Assembly (NCBI GenBank): GCA_963823655.1
Contig: CAWGMK010000013.1
Location: 64,001-128,000 of the forward strand
Length of the DNA stretch: 64,000 nt
Direction of reading: 5' to 3'
From: an uncultured Bacillota bacterium
GTDB taxonomy: Bacteria; Bacillota; DTU025; MWDF01
Positions 19,823-30,272 of the stretch are shown one piece after another. Both the position numbers and the translations under genes were made by a program. The notes below the pieces were generated by a model. The model saw only the letters and a list, made by a program, of their open reading frames with translations. It was not told the DNA's origin and did no database searches. Numbering within the stretch: the stretch's first letter is position 1; each line of letters starts with the position of its first letter.

Positions 19823-19840
19823 TCCATAAGGGTTGAAGCA

Positions 19841-19869
19841 GGGCGGTGGAGGGACTCCCTCCGCCGCCC
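19841..19869 (+). other. Intercistronic GC-rich hairpin (mRNA-stabilising or attenuating)
   Basis: GGGCGGTGGAGGG-ACT-CCCTCCGCCGCCC with no U-tract, between the SBP and permease genes. Confidence 0.6.
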
Positions 19870-19891
19870 ATGCAAAGAAAGGGAATTTGCC

Positions 19892-21583
19892 ATGGAACAA
19901 GCCCCCGTAAGAGAGAAAAAGGGCCTGATTAACCAGCTTAACAACGTATTCAGGGATCCGTCCCTGATGGTTATGCTTCTAATTGCCTTCGCCTTCATCG
20001 GGCTGTTCATCGTTTATCCCCTTTGGAAGCTTATGGCCAATACGACAATAGAGACGTGGAGGAATTTCTTCGTCAAGCTGCCATACAGGAGGGCTTACGC
20101 AAGGACTATCTATTCCTCCCTGCTGTCGGCGTTCACCGCGACATTTCTGGCTTTCCTTTACGCCTATTCGATTGAATACACCGAACTGAAATTCAAGAAA
20201 TTCTTCAGATTTATTGCTTTCCTTCCCATGTTGGCGCCTTCATCCATGACAGGAATGGCCTTCATAATGCTTTTCGGGAGGAATGGCCTTCTGACTACGA
20301 AGCTTATCGGAGTCGAGGTGGAGATCTACGGCCTTCCGGGCATATGGCTCGCGCAGACGGTAGCATTCTTCCCCATGGCTTTCGTTGCGATATCGGCGGT
20401 ACTAAGGGCAATTTCGCCCAACATTGAAATCGCGGCGCAGAACCTCGGCGCAAAGGGAATCAGGTTATTCAGGACAATCACGCTGCCTCTTGCAGCTCCG
20501 GGCGTCATGTCAGCTTTTCTGCTTGTTTTCATTAATGCCATGTCAGACTTCGCCAATCCTAAACTCCTCGGAGGGCTGTATGTGACTTCACCCGTTCAGG
20601 CGTATGGAGTAGTGACAGGGGATGCGGACTTCGGGATGGCTGCAACTATTTCCGCGATGCTGTTGATACCCTCGTTGATAATATTCATAGCTCAGGCGTA
20701 TATCATGTCGAAGAAGTCATATGTCACAGTAACAGGCAAGCCTGTAGCTGGGCTGAAGAGGATTATGATGACAAAAGGCGCAGAGGTCGCAAGCCAGGTT
20801 TACGTTTTCCTGGTGGCCGCCCTGTTCTTCTTGATTGTTGGTGTTGTGGTATTCTTCGCGTTCGCGGACCCGAAAGCTTATTATGCAGGAAGGTTCGTCT
20901 TCACCCTTAAGGGCTTCACAGAGACAATGACCTTCAATGCCTATACTTTCAAAAACTCCCTGATAATTGCAGCAGCAGCAGGTGTGCTTGCTTCAGTTGT
21001 CGGATTACTGCTGGCGTTTTTAAATTCGCGTAAGGACTTCCCGGGCAAGAAGTTCCTGGATTTCTCCGCAATTCTGCCCAACACGTTGCCCGCTACTTTC
21101 CTTTCGCTTGCATTCCTTCTGTCATTCCAGAGGATGCTCGCCTTAGGGCCTATACCGATTTTGCCCAAACTGACCAAGACGATATTCATTATGATAATCA
21201 TCCAGGCAGTGAGACAATTGCCAATAGGTTATAGAAACGCCCTCTCGGGCTTCAAGCAAATTGACAAATCAATAGAAGAGGCTGCCACTAATCTGGGGGC
21301 GAATGTGGGCAAGACGATAAGCTCGGTGGTAATGCCGATGTTAAGGCCTGCTTTCATCTCTTCAATTGTGTATAACTTCATATCGGCGATGATTGCGGTA
21401 TCAATAATAATATTCGTTGTCACACCGCAATGGAATGTAGCTTCCAATGTGGTATACAGCAGGGCGGACTCGGGGTATTACTCTGAGGCAGGAGCCATGT
21501 CTATTGCCATCATGGCGATAATCCTCGGCACATTATGGCTAGTTAACTTGCTCTCACGCGGCAAGATCAAAGTATTCGATTGA
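19892..21583 (+). CDS. ABC transporter permease, duplicated domain (AfuB/FbpB-like)
   Basis: 563 aa with two EAA loops (EIAAQNLGA, EEAATNLGA) and DFANP. Confidence 0.85.
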   Translation: MEQAPVREKKGLINQLNNVFRDPSLMVMLLIAFAFIGLFIVYPLWKLMANTTIETWRNFFVKLPYRRAYARTIYSSLLSAFTATFLAFLYAYSIEYTELKFKKFFRFIAFLPMLAPSSMTGMAFIMLFGRNGLLTTKLIGVEVEIYGLPGIWLAQTVAFFPMAFVAISAVLRAISPNIEIAAQNLGAKGIRLFRTITLPLAAPGVMSAFLLVFINAMSDFANPKLLGGLYVTSPVQAYGVVTGDADFGMAATISAMLLIPSLIIFIAQAYIMSKKSYVTVTGKPVAGLKRIMMTKGAEVASQVYVFLVAALFFLIVGVVVFFAFADPKAYYAGRFVFTLKGFTETMTFNAYTFKNSLIIAAAAGVLASVVGLLLAFLNSRKDFPGKKFLDFSAILPNTLPATFLSLAFLLSFQRMLALGPIPILPKLTKTIFIMIIIQAVRQLPIGYRNALSGFKQIDKSIEEAATNLGANVGKTISSVVMPMLRPAFISSIVYNFISAMIAVSIIIFVVTPQWNVASNVVYSRADSGYYSEAGAMSIAIMAIILGTLWLVNLLSRGKIKVFD

Positions 21584-21600
21584 TGCAAGGGGTGGCTGAT

Positions 21601-22668
21601 TTGGAGAAGTATCTCATCGAGCTTAAGGGAATACACAAGGTGTTCGGCTCCAATACCGTGCTAAATGATATCAATGTCGGCTTCCCCGAAGGCCGCTTCG
21701 TTACCTTCCTCGGGCCTTCCGGCTGCGGAAAGACCACTCTTCTTAGAACTATCGCCGGATTCTACAATCCGGATAAGGGCGAAGTGTGGATCGACGGAAA
21801 AAGGGTCGATATGCTTCCCGCGCACAAGAGGAACACACCGATGGTGTTCCAGGAGTACGCACTTTTTCCCCATATGAACGTCTTCGATAACGTGGCCTAT
21901 GGGCTCAGACTGCAGAAAATGGGGAGGAAAGACATAGAAGAAAGGGTCATGGAAGCGCTGACCCTTACGAATATGGCGCAGTACAAGGACCGCAACCCCA
22001 ATCAGCTATCAGGAGGGCAGCAGCAAAGGGTGGCCATTGCAAGGGCGATTGTAATGCGGTCAAAGATACTCCTCCTGGATGAACCCTTATCGAATCTTGA
22101 CGCCAAGCTCAGAGAGACCGTAAGAGTAGAGTTGAGGATGCTTCAAAGGCAGCTGAACAGGACATTCATCTATGTTACCCACGATCAGAGCGAGGCTCTT
22201 GCAATGTCGGACATCATTGTCGTCTTTAACAAGGGCAGGATCGAGCAGGTAGGGACACCCATGGAAGTGTACTTCAAGCCTGTTAGCAAGTTCGTGGCGG
22301 ATTTCATCGGTGTATCCAATTTCCTGGAAGGCAAGGTCGCCGTGAAGGACGGATCGGTAATGCTGACGCATTCAGGACGAGACTTCTGGGCAATTTCACA
22401 GGCCCAGTTCTCTGAAGGGGAGCACGCCATCTTCTCGATCAGACCGGAATCTATTTCCTTGAGCAAAAGCGAATGCGTAATCAGCTCATCGGCGTGCCTG
22501 CCGGTGAAGATCGTGCAGGGAATGTTTATCGGGGAGAAAGTCCGGTATATGGCTAAGGACGCTATAGGCATGGATTGGATAATCGACCAGCACGATACCC
22601 AGGAAATCCTGACAGGGGAAGCTTTCATCTCAATACCGCCTGACAAGGCGCACGTTATAAAGGAGTGA
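21601..22668 (+). CDS. ABC transporter ATP-binding protein (AfuC/FbpC/PotA-like)
   Basis: GPSGCGKT, LSGGQQQR, LLDEPLSNLD and a TOBE-like tail. Confidence 0.9.
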   Translation: MEKYLIELKGIHKVFGSNTVLNDINVGFPEGRFVTFLGPSGCGKTTLLRTIAGFYNPDKGEVWIDGKRVDMLPAHKRNTPMVFQEYALFPHMNVFDNVAYGLRLQKMGRKDIEERVMEALTLTNMAQYKDRNPNQLSGGQQQRVAIARAIVMRSKILLLDEPLSNLDAKLRETVRVELRMLQRQLNRTFIYVTHDQSEALAMSDIIVVFNKGRIEQVGTPMEVYFKPVSKFVADFIGVSNFLEGKVAVKDGSVMLTHSGRDFWAISQAQFSEGEHAIFSIRPESISLSKSECVISSSACLPVKIVQGMFIGEKVRYMAKDAIGMDWIIDQHDTQEILTGEAFISIPPDKAHVIKE

Positions 22669-22672
22669 TCTG

Positions 22673-22706
22673 AGCGGGTGCTGGCTGCAAGGCTGCACCC
22701 GCTTTA
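22673..22706 (+). terminator. Rho-independent terminator
   Basis: AGCGGGTGC...GCACCCGCT followed by TT. Confidence 0.6.
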
Positions 22707-22771
22707 CTTGACTTCGAAATTGCTGCTTTGTGTGATATCCTTATTCAAACACGAACTAAGGAGCAAGGTCG

Positions 22772-23317
22772 ATGAAGAAGCTTATTATAGTCAGCGGGAC
22801 GATGGGCGTAGGCAAGAGCGCCACCTGCAGGCTTCTGTATAAAATGGCACCGAGGTCGGTCTGGCTGGACGGAGATTGGTGCTGGCTAATGAATCCATGG
22901 GACAATTGTGAAGAAAACCGGGAAATGGTAATGAACAACATTACTTCCCTTCTAAGGGCCTATTTATCAAACTCGACCTTCGACAATGTTATCTTCAGCT
23001 GGGTCCTTCATAAACAAGAAATCATCGAAGAGCTTTTAGAGAGGCTATCAGGACTGGATTTCGACCTCCTCGGCTTCGCGCTGGTTTGCAGTCCGGAGGC
23101 GCTTGCTGCAAGGATGGTCGAAGACGGCAGAGAAGCCGAACAGATACAAGCTAGTACGAAAAGACTCCACCTATATAATGACATCGGCTGGAAGGTTGTG
23201 GACACGACTTCGCTTGATGAACACCAGACGGCACAAGCATATTGCAGCGGAAGCGGGTCTCTAACAGAGTCGCCATTATGGAACTTACAAACCGGAGTCA
23301 AGTCTGAGAATCAGTAA
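22772..23317 (+). CDS. P-loop AAA/nucleotide kinase-like protein
   Basis: GTMGVGKS Walker A and WLDGDWCW. Confidence 0.8.
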   Translation: MKKLIIVSGTMGVGKSATCRLLYKMAPRSVWLDGDWCWLMNPWDNCEENREMVMNNITSLLRAYLSNSTFDNVIFSWVLHKQEIIEELLERLSGLDFDLLGFALVCSPEALAARMVEDGREAEQIQASTKRLHLYNDIGWKVVDTTSLDEHQTAQAYCSGSGSLTESPLWNLQTGVKSENQ

Positions 23318-23494
23318 TGATTAGGCATTGCCTTGTAGATTGCGGCTAACGATTGCAGTATGTGATAACATTGCTTTATCGACAGAGCAACCGGCTCTTC
23401 AAATATGGCCGGGCCGCATGTCGACCAACGCTCCAGAATACCTGATCAAGGTCGGATAGGCGGAAAGAACCAATCAATATTACGGAGGCTTACT

Positions 23495-24382
23495 ATGAAA
23501 GTCGGTTTCGCAGGTTTAGGGCTAATGGGCACTCCGATGGCCCTCAACATCCTCAAGGCGGGATATGAGCTGGTTGTCTACAATAGAAGCGCGGAGAGGT
23601 TAAGACCTTTTTTAGAGCTGGGAGCTGAAGTTGCATCGAGCCCGGCGGATCTAGCAAGAAGATGCTCTGTCGCAATTACATGTGTTAGCGACACACCAGA
23701 TGTCAAGGCAGTCTATCTGGGATCCGATGGCCTTCTTGAAGGGGCTTCATCGGGCCTGATCACCATCGATTGCAGCACGGTCCTACCGGAAGCCGAGATA
23801 GAAATCTCGAAAAAGGCATCAGCAGTAGGCGCATCCCATCTCGACGCGCCTGTTTCTGGAGGCGTGAAAGGGGCTAAGGCAGGCACACTTGCTATAATGG
23901 TAGGTGGGGACGAGGAAACCTTTATAAAGGCAAAACCGGTTTTAGAGGCTATGGGCAAAAACATCACATACATCGGAGAAAGCGGCTCAGGCCAGGTGAT
24001 AAAACTGGCAAACCAGACTGTTTTAGCCGGCAATGTGCTTGGCCTTTGCGAGGGCCTTGTCATAGCAAAGAAGCACGGCTTGGATATGCATAAAGCGATT
24101 GCAGTGCTTTCAAATGGAACCGCATCGAACTGGACCCTAATGAATCAGGGCAAACAGATGGTTGAGGGCGATTGGACTGCAGGGTTCTATGTAAAGCACT
24201 ACGTGAAGGACCTTTCAATCGTACAGGAACTAGCACGAAGGTCCAATAGCTGCCTGCCAACCGCATCCCTGGCACTTTCGATGTATAATGCGCTTTCAAA
24301 TTCGGAAGGCGGGGATGAACTGGGCCACCACGCACTTCTCAAGGTTTTCAATGAACTATCAGGAATCGAGGATGAAGAATGA
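23495..24382 (+). CDS. NAD(P)-dependent beta-hydroxyacid dehydrogenase (3-hydroxyisobutyrate dehydrogenase / tartronate semialdehyde reductase family)
   Basis: GFAGLGLMG, DAPVSGG, IKLANQ and KDL; GGAGG RBS before 23495. Confidence 0.9.
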   Translation: MKVGFAGLGLMGTPMALNILKAGYELVVYNRSAERLRPFLELGAEVASSPADLARRCSVAITCVSDTPDVKAVYLGSDGLLEGASSGLITIDCSTVLPEAEIEISKKASAVGASHLDAPVSGGVKGAKAGTLAIMVGGDEETFIKAKPVLEAMGKNITYIGESGSGQVIKLANQTVLAGNVLGLCEGLVIAKKHGLDMHKAIAVLSNGTASNWTLMNQGKQMVEGDWTAGFYVKHYVKDLSIVQELARRSNSCLPTASLALSMYNALSNSEGGDELGHHALLKVFNELSGIEDEE

Positions 24383-24903
24383 AGACGAGAAAAATCGGAC
24401 GCAGTGTCTCTTGTATCACAATTATCGTGCTATTTGTAGTGATGATTGTGCCTGCCATTGCCCTAGGATCGCAGAAACTGTTAGAGCAGCAGGTTCCGGT
24501 GAAGACATACACGGACTATACGAACAAGGAAGTGAGAATCGAGGAGGGTAAGATTGCCATAGTTTACTTCTGGCAGACCAGCTGTGCTCCGTGCTCAGCG
24601 ATGATACCCCTTCTCAATAAACTTTTCGACGATTATGGCGATAAGGGCTTCACGGTCATCGGGATAGGCCCCGGAGAATCAGCCAGGTCCACAGAGAAGT
24701 ACAAGAATGATAAGGGCCCGAAATACAACCTGATACCAGACCAGGCCGGAAAGGTCTCCATGGCGTTTGGCATTACCGTTACGCCTAGCATATACATTGT
24801 TGACGGGACGGGTACGGTAGTCCAGTTCAAGACAGGATATAAGCAGTCGCTCGATGACGCCTTTTACGAGGGGAATATCAGGCAGTTGCTTGGTTTGAAG
24901 TAG
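24379..24903 (+). CDS. TlpA/ResA-like thioredoxin-fold protein, exported
   Basis: N-terminal TM/signal, FWQTSCAPC and a cis-Pro (VTP). Confidence 0.85.
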   Translation: MKTRKIGRSVSCITIIVLFVVMIVPAIALGSQKLLEQQVPVKTYTDYTNKEVRIEEGKIAIVYFWQTSCAPCSAMIPLLNKLFDDYGDKGFTVIGIGPGESARSTEKYKNDKGPKYNLIPDQAGKVSMAFGITVTPSIYIVDGTGTVVQFKTGYKQSLDDAFYEGNIRQLLGLK

Positions 24904-24913
24904 GAGGACTGAC

Positions 24914-25057
24914 ATGAAAAGGGGCTCATATGTTGCCGCGCTGATGCTTTTTGCGTTAGGCATTGCCCTTCTCGTAGCGGGCGGTATCAACGGCGAATTC
25001 ACTGCCATATACCTAAATGCCCGCATATTGTGCCTTTCCTGCATAGGTATCCAGTAG
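24914..25057 (+). CDS. Small membrane protein of the CD1871A family (C-terminal CXXC); absent from the ORF track
   Basis: AGGAGG RBS; MKRGSYVAALMLFALGIALLVAGGINGEFTAIYLNARILCLSCIGIQ* (47 aa). Confidence 0.85.
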   Translation: MKRGSYVAALMLFALGIALLVAGGINGEFTAIYLNARILCLSCIGIQ

Positions 25058-25880
25058 ATGGGCAGGATTGACAGGACGAGGACATATGTACAGGCTGGAG
25101 CGGCGCTGCTCCAGAATTCTTACTTCTTCAAGAATCTGAAGTTCTGCCCGACGCCCGCTTTGAACTGCTATGCGTGCCCGCTTGCAGTTACCGCCTGCCC
25201 GATAGGGACTCTTCAGAACCTGATTTTGAAAGGGTACCTGCCGCTGGCAATACTGGGTTTCTTGATTACTGTCGGCGCCGCCGTAGGCAGGGCTGCTTGC
25301 GGCTGGGCCTGCCCGTTCGGTTTCGCACAGGATTTACTTGGCAGGACTAAGCAAGAAGAAGATAAGCATCTCCAACCGTTTAGGATGGATAAGATACGTT
25401 GTCCTTGGCTCATTGGTCATTGCAGCGCCTTATATCCTCAAATCCCCTCTCTTCTGTAAACTATGCCCTGCAGGCACGCTTGAGGCAGGCATACCGCTTG
25501 TGCTCACTGATGCCTCCATAAGGGCAATGGTCGGCCCCCTGTATTTTGTGAAGCTAGTCATCCTGGCAGCAGTTATCGCGGCGGCAGTGTTCATCAAGCG
25601 CCCCTTCTGCAGATTCCTCTGCCCTTTAGGCGCTATATACTCGCCTTTTAACAAAATCAGCGCTTTGAAGATGCATGTAGACTCCAAATGCATATCCTGC
25701 GGAGCATGTAAGGCAGTATGCCCCATGGATATGGAGATCTACAAGGAGCCTGACAGCGGTACTTGCATCCGTTGCATGGCGTGCACTGGTTGCTCCGCGG
25801 TCGGGGCGAAATTTCTGGGCAAGGACATAATAAAGGCAGGCCGAGAAGGTAAGCTGGGGCGTGCCGCATATAAGGACTAG
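25058..25880 (+). CDS. Membrane 4Fe-4S binding protein (NapH/YccM-like; frameshift near 25340)
   Basis: CYACP, ACPIG, CGWACPFG, CKLCPAG, CRFLCPLG, CISCGACKAVCP and CIRCMAC. Confidence 0.85.
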
Positions 25881-25891
25881 GGGGAAATTGC

Positions 25892-26560
25892 TTGGGCTCT
25901 TTTTCAGGAATACCCAGGATCGGCATAGATGAATCTGGCAAGGGGGACTACTTCGGTCCCTTGGTAATTTCCGCGGTTTTGGTCATGCCCGAAGATGAGG
26001 AAGCGCTGCTGGAAGCGGGCGTCAAGGATTCAAAAAGGCTTACCGACGGCAGCATTGCCAAACTCTCGAAGATTATCGGATCCAGATGCAGGTATTCGAT
26101 AGTGAGGATCGGGCCTTCGAAATACAATGAGCTCTATAAGAAGATCATGAACCTGAACAAGCTTCTTGCATGGGGCCACTCCAGGGCCTTGGAGAATGTG
26201 CTAGACAAATGCCCGGAATGCGGCATGGCCATTTCGGACCAATTCGGCGACAAGTCCTTTCTTGAGAATGCCCTTCTGAAAAAGGGCAGGTCGATAAACC
26301 TGGTCCAGATGCCGAAGGCAGAACAGGATGTGGCAGTCGCCGCGGCTTCAATAATGGCAAGGGCCGAATTCGTAAGGGCGATGGAGGCGCTGTCACAGGA
26401 AGCGGGCATCTCCCTTCCTAAAGGGGCTTCTGACCCTTCTGTGGTCAGAATAGCCTCGGAGCTCGCCTCAGTTGGCGGGGAAGCTGAGCTTGATAAGTAC
26501 GTTAAGCTGCATTTCAAGACGACAAAGCAAGTCCTTGGCTCCGGCGCGCAGACAGATTAG
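25892..26560 (+). CDS. rnhC: Ribonuclease HIII (catalytic domain only)
   Basis: IGIDESGKGDYFGPL, VKDSK, DQF, KAE, VAAASI, LPKGA and KLHFKT. Confidence 0.85.
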   Translation: MGSFSGIPRIGIDESGKGDYFGPLVISAVLVMPEDEEALLEAGVKDSKRLTDGSIAKLSKIIGSRCRYSIVRIGPSKYNELYKKIMNLNKLLAWGHSRALENVLDKCPECGMAISDQFGDKSFLENALLKKGRSINLVQMPKAEQDVAVAAASIMARAEFVRAMEALSQEAGISLPKGASDPSVVRIASELASVGGEAELDKYVKLHFKTTKQVLGSGAQTD

Positions 26561-26570
26561 GGGGTCTATT

Positions 26571-28035
26571 ATGCTTTTTGACATCTTCATGATAATCGTT
26601 GCAGTAATTGCCTCACTATTCGTTTTCATGCTCCTTAGGGCAGCGTACATGCCATCCCGCCAGCTGGAGAGGGCTGAGGCAGCAAATATACCCGAAGTCG
26701 ATGCTGCCGTCGCCAAGAGGCTGTCCGGCGCGATCAGAATCAGGACGATAAACACGGGAGCGGCAGAAGCGGACGCGTACCCAGAGCTACTTCATATGCA
26801 TGAGTACCTAAAAGCAAGTTATCCGGCTGTTTTTGAGCGTATGGAGTTAAGTGTTCACAACAAGGCATCTTTGCTCTTGAAATGGCATGGCACTGATGCA
26901 AGTTTAAAGCCTGCGCTCTTCATGGGGCATATGGACGTGGTGCCGGTTGAGGAAAGCACATCTAGATCAATGGATCCATGCCCCCTTCTCAGGAGAAATC
27001 GAGGGGGGATTTGTATGGGGCAGAGGAACGCTTGACTGCAAGCATGTTGTATGCGGGCTGCTCGAGGCGGCCGAGAGCCTCATCAATGAGGGTTATGAAC
27101 CCAAAAGGGGAATATTCCTTGCTTTTGGCCATGATGAGGAAACGGGCGGCCGTCAAGGTGCTGCAAGCATCGGGGCTGCGCTTAAGGAGCAGGGGACAGA
27201 ACTTTGGATGATAGTGGACGAGGGCGGTAAAGTGGACAAGCCCGGAATATTCACCGGAAAGCCTTCCGAGGCGGTCGTAAGCATCGGCGAGAAAGGCTAT
27301 GCAAGCTTCAAGCTAGAAGTGGATATGCCTGGCGGCCACTCATCAAGGCCCCCGAAGCAAAACGCTGTCGAGACGCTTATACAGGCAACAAGCAGGGTGA
27401 ATTCTTACAGATTCAGGGCAAGCCTTGACGGCCCGATAGGCGAGCTTCTGAGCTTCGCAGGTTCCGAAGCCGGCTTCTGGAAGCGCCTTATGATAGCCAA
27501 CTTGTGGATTACCAAGCCGCTTGTAATAGGCATGCTATCCGCCAACACTGCGACTAGCAGCTTAATCAGGACAACCGCCGTGGTTACGATAATCAACGCG
27601 GGCATTAAGGATAATGTCATACCCGCACATGCGGAGGCTGTTGTTAATACCAGGCCGGCGTTCGGGGAGAACCCCGAAAGCGTTATGAAAGAGCTCAAAG
27701 CTGCCATAAACGACGACAGGGTGAAGGTAACACCAATTGGAAGCCAGGTCGGGCCATCTAAGGTGGCACCGCTCGACAACGACCAGTTCAGGATGCTCCA
27801 TAAGCTCATCGCCTCATATTTCGACAATGCCGTACTGGTGCCCGGCGTGCTTACAGGGGGTACGGATACCAAGCACTATGCTGATCTCACGGATTCGGTA
27901 TACCGTTTCGTTCCCGTCGCCCTGACTCACGATCTGTCTGCCGGCGTACACGGCATAAATGAGAGGATTCCCGTTGCCGAGCTGGGAAGGATGATTGCCT
28001 TCTACAGGGACCTGATGAGGCAGTCTGCGTCCTAG
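26571..28035 (+). CDS. M20 family metallopeptidase/amidohydrolase (PM20D1/CPS-like; frameshift near 26960)
   Basis: N-terminal TM helix, GHMDVVP, WGRGTLD, HDEE, DEG, GGHSS, GGTD and HGINE. Confidence 0.85.
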
Positions 28036-28067
28036 TGATGATATAATACTCGTCGGAGGTGTGGCAA

Positions 28068-29267
28068 ATGGCAGCCAAGGTTAAAATGAACGAACACGTG
28101 GAATATATAGGTTCTCAGGATTGGGACAGGAAATTGTTTGATTCCCTGATTCCGCTTCCCGACGGCACTAGCTATAACTCATATATCGTTAAAGGCTCTG
28201 AGAAAACAGCGCTGATAGATACCGTGGATTACAAGTTCTGTTCCGAGTATTTAGAGAAGATCAGCGGAACTGGCAGGATAGATTATATTGTCATCAACCA
28301 TGTGGAGCAGGATCATAGCGGGTGCCTTAATACAGTGCTTGATTTGCATCCGGAGGCGACCGCCCTCTGCTCGGAAAAGGCCAAGGATCTGATACTCACT
28401 CATCTGCACACACCTGAAGGACGCATAAGAGTAGTCAGCGATGGCGAAGTGATAAGCCTTGGGGACAGGACACTGAAGTTCGTCTACGCCCCATTCGTAC
28501 ATTGGCCCGAGACTATGGTGAGTTTCCTCGTGGAGGACAGGATGCTTTTTTCCTGCGATATGTTCGGGTCTCACATAGCAACCTCTGAAGTATTCTCCCG
28601 CGGACGGATGGAAAGCTTCGTTGAACCTTGCAAGAGGTATTTCGCGGAGATAATGATGCCTTTCGCAGTGCCGATCAAGAAAAACCTTGAAAAGGTCGCG
28701 GCTTTAGATCCTGCATTCATATGCCCGAGCCACGGACCATGCTGGACCGAACCTGCTTTCGTAATGGACCTGTACAAAAAATGGACGCAGGGACCCCTGG
28801 AAAACAGGGTGCTTATCGTCGACATATCGATGCACGGGAGCACCAAGGCCATGGTAGAAAGGCTTACGGACAGGCTTTCGGAAGGCGGCGTACAAGTGGC
28901 AAGGGTCGACATAACCGAACCGGACCTCGGTAAGATCGCCCTTGAGCTTGTTGATGCCTACACTGTCATCATCGGGACTCCGACTGTGCTTGCGGGGCCG
29001 CACCCTGCCGCCGCTTCGATCGCCATCCTGGCAAATGCGCTCAGGCCGCGCACCAAGCTGCTTGGCGTCATCGGTTCATACGGCTGGGGCGGGAAAGCTG
29101 CCGAGACACTTGTATCGCTTCTCGGTAATCTGTCAGGAGCGGAGATCCTGCCGCCCCTTATCATGAAGGGGCTTCCTGACAGCACGCAGATGCTTCAGGT
29201 GGATGGGTTCGCAAATGCGATAATCGAACGCCATAAGCTCTTCTTCCCTGAGAGCTTCAATAGCTGA
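28068..29267 (+). CDS. fprA: Flavodiiron (A-type flavo)protein, O2/NO reductase
   Basis: GTSYNSY, HVEQDHSG, HWPE, SCD and PSHG, plus flavodoxin SMHGST and GSYGW. Confidence 0.9.
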   Translation: MAAKVKMNEHVEYIGSQDWDRKLFDSLIPLPDGTSYNSYIVKGSEKTALIDTVDYKFCSEYLEKISGTGRIDYIVINHVEQDHSGCLNTVLDLHPEATALCSEKAKDLILTHLHTPEGRIRVVSDGEVISLGDRTLKFVYAPFVHWPETMVSFLVEDRMLFSCDMFGSHIATSEVFSRGRMESFVEPCKRYFAEIMMPFAVPIKKNLEKVAALDPAFICPSHGPCWTEPAFVMDLYKKWTQGPLENRVLIVDISMHGSTKAMVERLTDRLSEGGVQVARVDITEPDLGKIALELVDAYTVIIGTPTVLAGPHPAAASIAILANALRPRTKLLGVIGSYGWGGKAAETLVSLLGNLSGAEILPPLIMKGLPDSTQMLQVDGFANAIIERHKLFFPESFNS

Positions 29268-29290
29268 TTAGCAAATAGGCTAAAGAATGG

Positions 29291-29328
29291 AACGGGCCCG
29301 CACTCTGACTTGATAGTGCGGGCCCGTT
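29291..29328. terminator. Bidirectional terminator
   Basis: 14-bp perfect stem AACGGGCCCGCACT / AGTGCGGGCCCGTT between convergent genes. Confidence 0.75.
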
Positions 29329-29365
29329 ATCCATATTTCGGCCGACGGCCGTCACTCTAGAAGTC

Positions 29366-30163
29366 TCAGGTAGTGCCGGAGCTTTCATTCCATACTCCGC
29401 TTTCAGCTTCCTCACATGACAGGGCCATCGAATTGTAGTTGGTAGATATGATAGCCTCGATACCCAATTTATCGTCAGACAGGTATCTATCGTAGCTTTC
29501 TACGCTCTCCTGCATGGAAGTGGCTCCAGGTACGGTGCCCGGCCACATTAGCCTGATGGTCTGAGCCTGCGGGTCCACGAACAGCGTGAAATCCAGGCCC
29601 CATGCAAGGCTTACCGTCATCGCCTGTGCCCCTTTGGCGCCCGCCATATACCATCTGTAATGTGCAACTACCATTGCCTTCATTATGCTCTCCTTGAGAG
29701 ACGTACTATCTGAAGTTCCGTTTCTTAGGAATTCGGCCTTCAATACTACATTTACGAAATCAGAAGCCACGTCAGATAGCGTGCAGTAGCCCGTGACTTC
29801 AAACATGAGGCCGGCTAGATACCTTATGTCATCTTTTTTTGTCTCCAGCAGATACAGCTGAAGCAAATGCTCCAATGTGCCGGAAACCCCTGGTATGCAG
29901 CACGGTTTCATAACGGGCATAATCTCAAGGGCGTTTGCGCCATTAGCATCGACGACATCTATGTAATTCACAAGCCCGAATGCTTGGACGACAGCCTCGA
30001 TGGTTGGCTGCTGTGCCATGGAGCCAGCTGCCCAGGACGAATATTTATAGAACTGACCTAAGTCAAGCTCGGGCCTGGCAGCCCTTGGTTCTTCATATGA
30101 TAATGAAGCCGCTGAGGCCAATATGATGACTGCTATCGTAAGTAAGGTGATCCTCTTTAACAT
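29366..30163 (-). CDS. Secreted hypothetical protein
   Basis: Long ORF with signal peptide MLKRITLLTIAVIILASAA; no recognised family motif. Confidence 0.6.
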   Translation of the reverse strand: MLKRITLLTIAVIILASAASLSYEEPRAARPELDLGQFYKYSSWAAGSMAQQPTIEAVVQAFGLVNYIDVVDANGANALEIMPVMKPCCIPGVSGTLEHLLQLYLLETKKDDIRYLAGLMFEVTGYCTLSDVASDFVNVVLKAEFLRNGTSDSTSLKESIMKAMVVAHYRWYMAGAKGAQAMTVSLAWGLDFTLFVDPQAQTIRLMWPGTVPGATSMQESVESYDRYLSDDKLGIEAIISTNYNSMALSCEEAESGVWNESSGTT

Positions 30164-30218
30164 AATCCCTCGCCTTTCATTCAGAGTACTTACCTTATAC
30201 CACAAATCGGGGTTTGAT

Positions 30219-30248
30219 AAAAGCGAACCCCGCCTTCGCGGCGGGGCT
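30219..30248 (-). terminator. Terminator after pckA
   Basis: CCCCGCC-TTCGC-GGCGGGG stem with a downstream T-run on the minus strand. Confidence 0.65.
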
Positions 30249-30272
30249 CATTAGGTATCAAGGTTATTCTCC

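Noticed and set aside
23440-23470. ACCTGATC..GG...GCG resembling the 3' half of a TPP riboswitch
   Set aside because: The 5' GGGG..CTGAGA part and the TAATGCC loop are missing, and the downstream gene is unrelated to thiamine.
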